From the sequence record PP434429: a stretch of 64,000 bases of DNA, one strand, 5' to 3'. This stretch comes from Escherichia phage LH01. The position numbers and the translations under genes are program-made. Shown piece by piece: positions 62,588 through 64,000 of the stretch. Below the pieces are notes generated by a model. That model did no database searches. It had not been told where the DNA came from and was given only the letters and a program-made list of their open reading frames with translations. Within the stretch, counting starts at the first letter, position 1; each line of letters opens with the position of its first letter.

Positions 62588-62801
62588 AAGGAATTTCCTC
62601 ATCGGTGGCAAGGTCATATTCGACCAATTGGATAGGCTCATTAATACCATATCCACGTACAGTGATATCAGTTGCCGGATAGTTTCCAGTAATATCACCC
62701 ATTCTAAATGCTTCAATGAATGATTGCTCGCCTGAGCAACTAAACCAGGCGGCAAAACATTTTAAAACATCTTCAGACCCTTCTATAATCAATTTAGCCA
62801 T
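62577..62801 (-). CDS. hypothetical small acidic protein
   Basis: 74-aa ORF; ATG overlaps the stop of the GrcA-like gene (TAATG). Confidence 0.35.
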   Translation of the reverse strand: MAKLIIEGSEDVLKCFAAWFSCSGEQSFIEAFRMGDITGNYPATDITVRGYGINEPIQLVEYDLATDEEIPYVD

Positions 62802-63163
62802 TATAGACTCTCAGTAAAGGTACGAGCGATAACGTCACGCTGCTGTTCCGGAGTCAGAGAGTTAAAGCGAACTGCATAACCGGATACACGGATGGTCAAC
62901 TGCGGATATTTTTCTGGATGCTTAACTGCATCTTCCAGAGTTTCACGACGCAGAACATTAACGTTCAGGTGTTGACCACCTTCAATTTTAACTTTAGGTT
63001 GATGTTCAATTTCAATTTCACGGGCATTCAAACCGTAGAAAATTTCCGGGTCTACAATAGCGTCTTCTTTAAAAGTCTTAGAGACAATAATCCGGGCTTG
63101 AGTACCGTCTTCAAAATAAATAGTGCCTTTATGTGCACCTTCAAGAATTTGATATGCTTTCAT
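62801..63163 (-). CDS. grcA: autonomous glycyl-radical cofactor (GrcA/YfiD-like)
   Basis: 120-aa ORF; C-terminal ...[59 protein letters not shown] carries the RVSGY glycyl-radical motif and reads like enterobacterial GrcA. Confidence 0.85.
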   Translation of the reverse strand: MKAYQILEGAHKGTIYFEDGTQARIIVSKTFKEDAIVDPEIFYGLNAREIEIEHQPKVKIEGGQHLNVNVLRRETLEDAVKHPEKYPQLTIRVSGYAVRFNSLTPEQQRDVIARTFTESL

Positions 63164-63169
63164 ATAACC

Positions 63170-63526
63170 TCAATTAGAAAATAAATTTATCCAAGTTTTT
63201 TCTTTAATCAAAAATGGGTCGGAATTAAACGCCATTAAACTTTGAGTGATTAATCCCTTAAATGGTCCATCAATAAATTCCATTTTGAAATGCGGAATAC
63301 TAGTCATCAACCGTGCATTAGGAGCAGTACAAAGAACCTGCTGCCCCGCGAACGGACCTTTAGTCAAACGGTATCGTTTAGGTTTAAAATGGTAAATCTC
63401 GTAATTTTCTACAAGAGCCCTTTTATTGCATACTGGGCTGTTATAACAATATTCAAAAACTTCAATAGTGGTCATCATTGCATTCCAATCACAAAAAATT
63501 GAGGACGAGCATTGCCGCCGATGCAA
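63170..63526 (-). CDS. hypothetical protein
   Basis: 118-aa ORF from the track; start uncertain. Confidence 0.4.
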   Translation of the reverse strand: MHRRQCSSSIFCDWNAMMTTIEVFEYCYNSPVCNKRALVENYEIYHFKPKRYRLTKGPFAGQQVLCTAPNARLMTSIPHFKMEFIDGPFKGLITQSLMAFNSDPFLIKEKTWINLFSN

Positions 63527-63978
63527 TATTTGCTTTTGCAGCAGTACTGTACTGTTTTAATATGGACATTGTAAATCTTATCCATATCAGGAGCTTTAAT
63601 AGGCTCGTCAATTATATACAGAATACGAGAAAGCGTTAATCCACGGAATTTAGAACCTTCATTGCCAATAAAACTACGAACAGAATCAGTAAATAAACGG
63701 AATCGAATATCGTCGCTAGAATAACGAGAAAATTCTTTTTCAATATTGTCAGCAGAAATTTTAGCATAAGCTGAAGTATTGGAAAGAACAATAATTGTTC
63801 CACCATCATACAGCCAATTAGCAGCAAAGTTAGTCACAGCAATTGATTTACCTGATTGTCGGCCGCCGTCTAAACGAAGTGTACAGTACTGCTTGAGTAC
63901 GTCTTCAAACGGTGGGATATAACCGTTCTTACAAATTTCTTCTACTCTAGCATCAGAATGGTGTGTAAAAGCATTCAT
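63475..63978 (-). CDS. P-loop NTPase of unknown function
   Basis: 167-aa ORF; Walker A DGGRQSGKS and Walker B-like ILYIIDEP. Confidence 0.45.
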   Translation of the reverse strand: MNAFTHHSDARVEEICKNGYIPPFEDVLKQYCTLRLDGGRQSGKSIAVTNFAANWLYDGGTIIVLSNTSAYAKISADNIEKEFSRYSSDDIRFRLFTDSVRSFIGNEGSKFRGLTLSRILYIIDEPIKAPDMDKIYNVHIKTVQYCCKSKYCIGGNARPQFFVIGMQ

Positions 63979-64000
63979 CAGGGATAGATAAGGTCCAGTT

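Noticed and set aside
1-64000. tRNA genes, CRISPR arrays, integrase/transposase or prophage boundaries
   Set aside because: No cloverleaf-like GC-rich segments, no spaced direct repeats and no recombinase motifs seen; the region is continuous lytic-phage coding sequence.

Overview
This 64-kb window is a gene-dense early/middle region of a T4-like (Tevenvirinae) myovirus genome, beginning exactly at the rIIA stop codon, with nearly every gene on the minus strand and many overlapping stop/start codons (ATGA, TAATG). The 903-aa family-B DNA polymerase matches, as far as I can recall, Escherichia phage RB69 gp43, so the source is RB69 or a close Mosigvirus relative; no search was run. Core genes recognised from motifs and synteny: rIIA, topoisomerase II large subunit (single fused ORF), dexA, dda, two ModA/ModB-type ADP-ribosyltransferases, soc, 56, 61, 41, uvsX, 42, 43, regA, 62, 44, 45, 46, 47, 55, nrdG, nrdD, 49, nrdC, tk, a regB-position gene and a GrcA-like glycyl-radical protein. 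The main finding is the absence of alpha- and beta-glucosyltransferase genes at their T4 positions, replaced around genes 42/43 by a predicted NDP-pentose pathway: a KdsD-type SIS isomerase, a HAD phosphatase, a sugar-kinase/nucleotidyltransferase fusion, a thymidylate-kinase-like kinase and two uncharacterised proteins. I read this as a hydroxymethylcytosine sugar-hypermodification module, most likely arabinosylation. Other points of interest are a frame-interrupted glycosyltransferase next to rIIA, a macro-domain protein, a Pol-beta-type nucleotidyltransferase beside a P-loop ATPase, a Dmd-like antitoxin, envelope-targeted small proteins, and a 25-nt promoter/stem-loop cassette repeated four times. 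Transcription signals fit T4 early (GTTTAC/TGTACA -35), MotA-box middle and TATAAATA late promoters, plus C(UUCG)G hairpin terminators. All calls rest on motif recognition, synteny and memory. Coordinates of promoters and hairpins are read by eye and may be off by 1-2 nt. No tRNA, CRISPR, integrase or transposase was seen.
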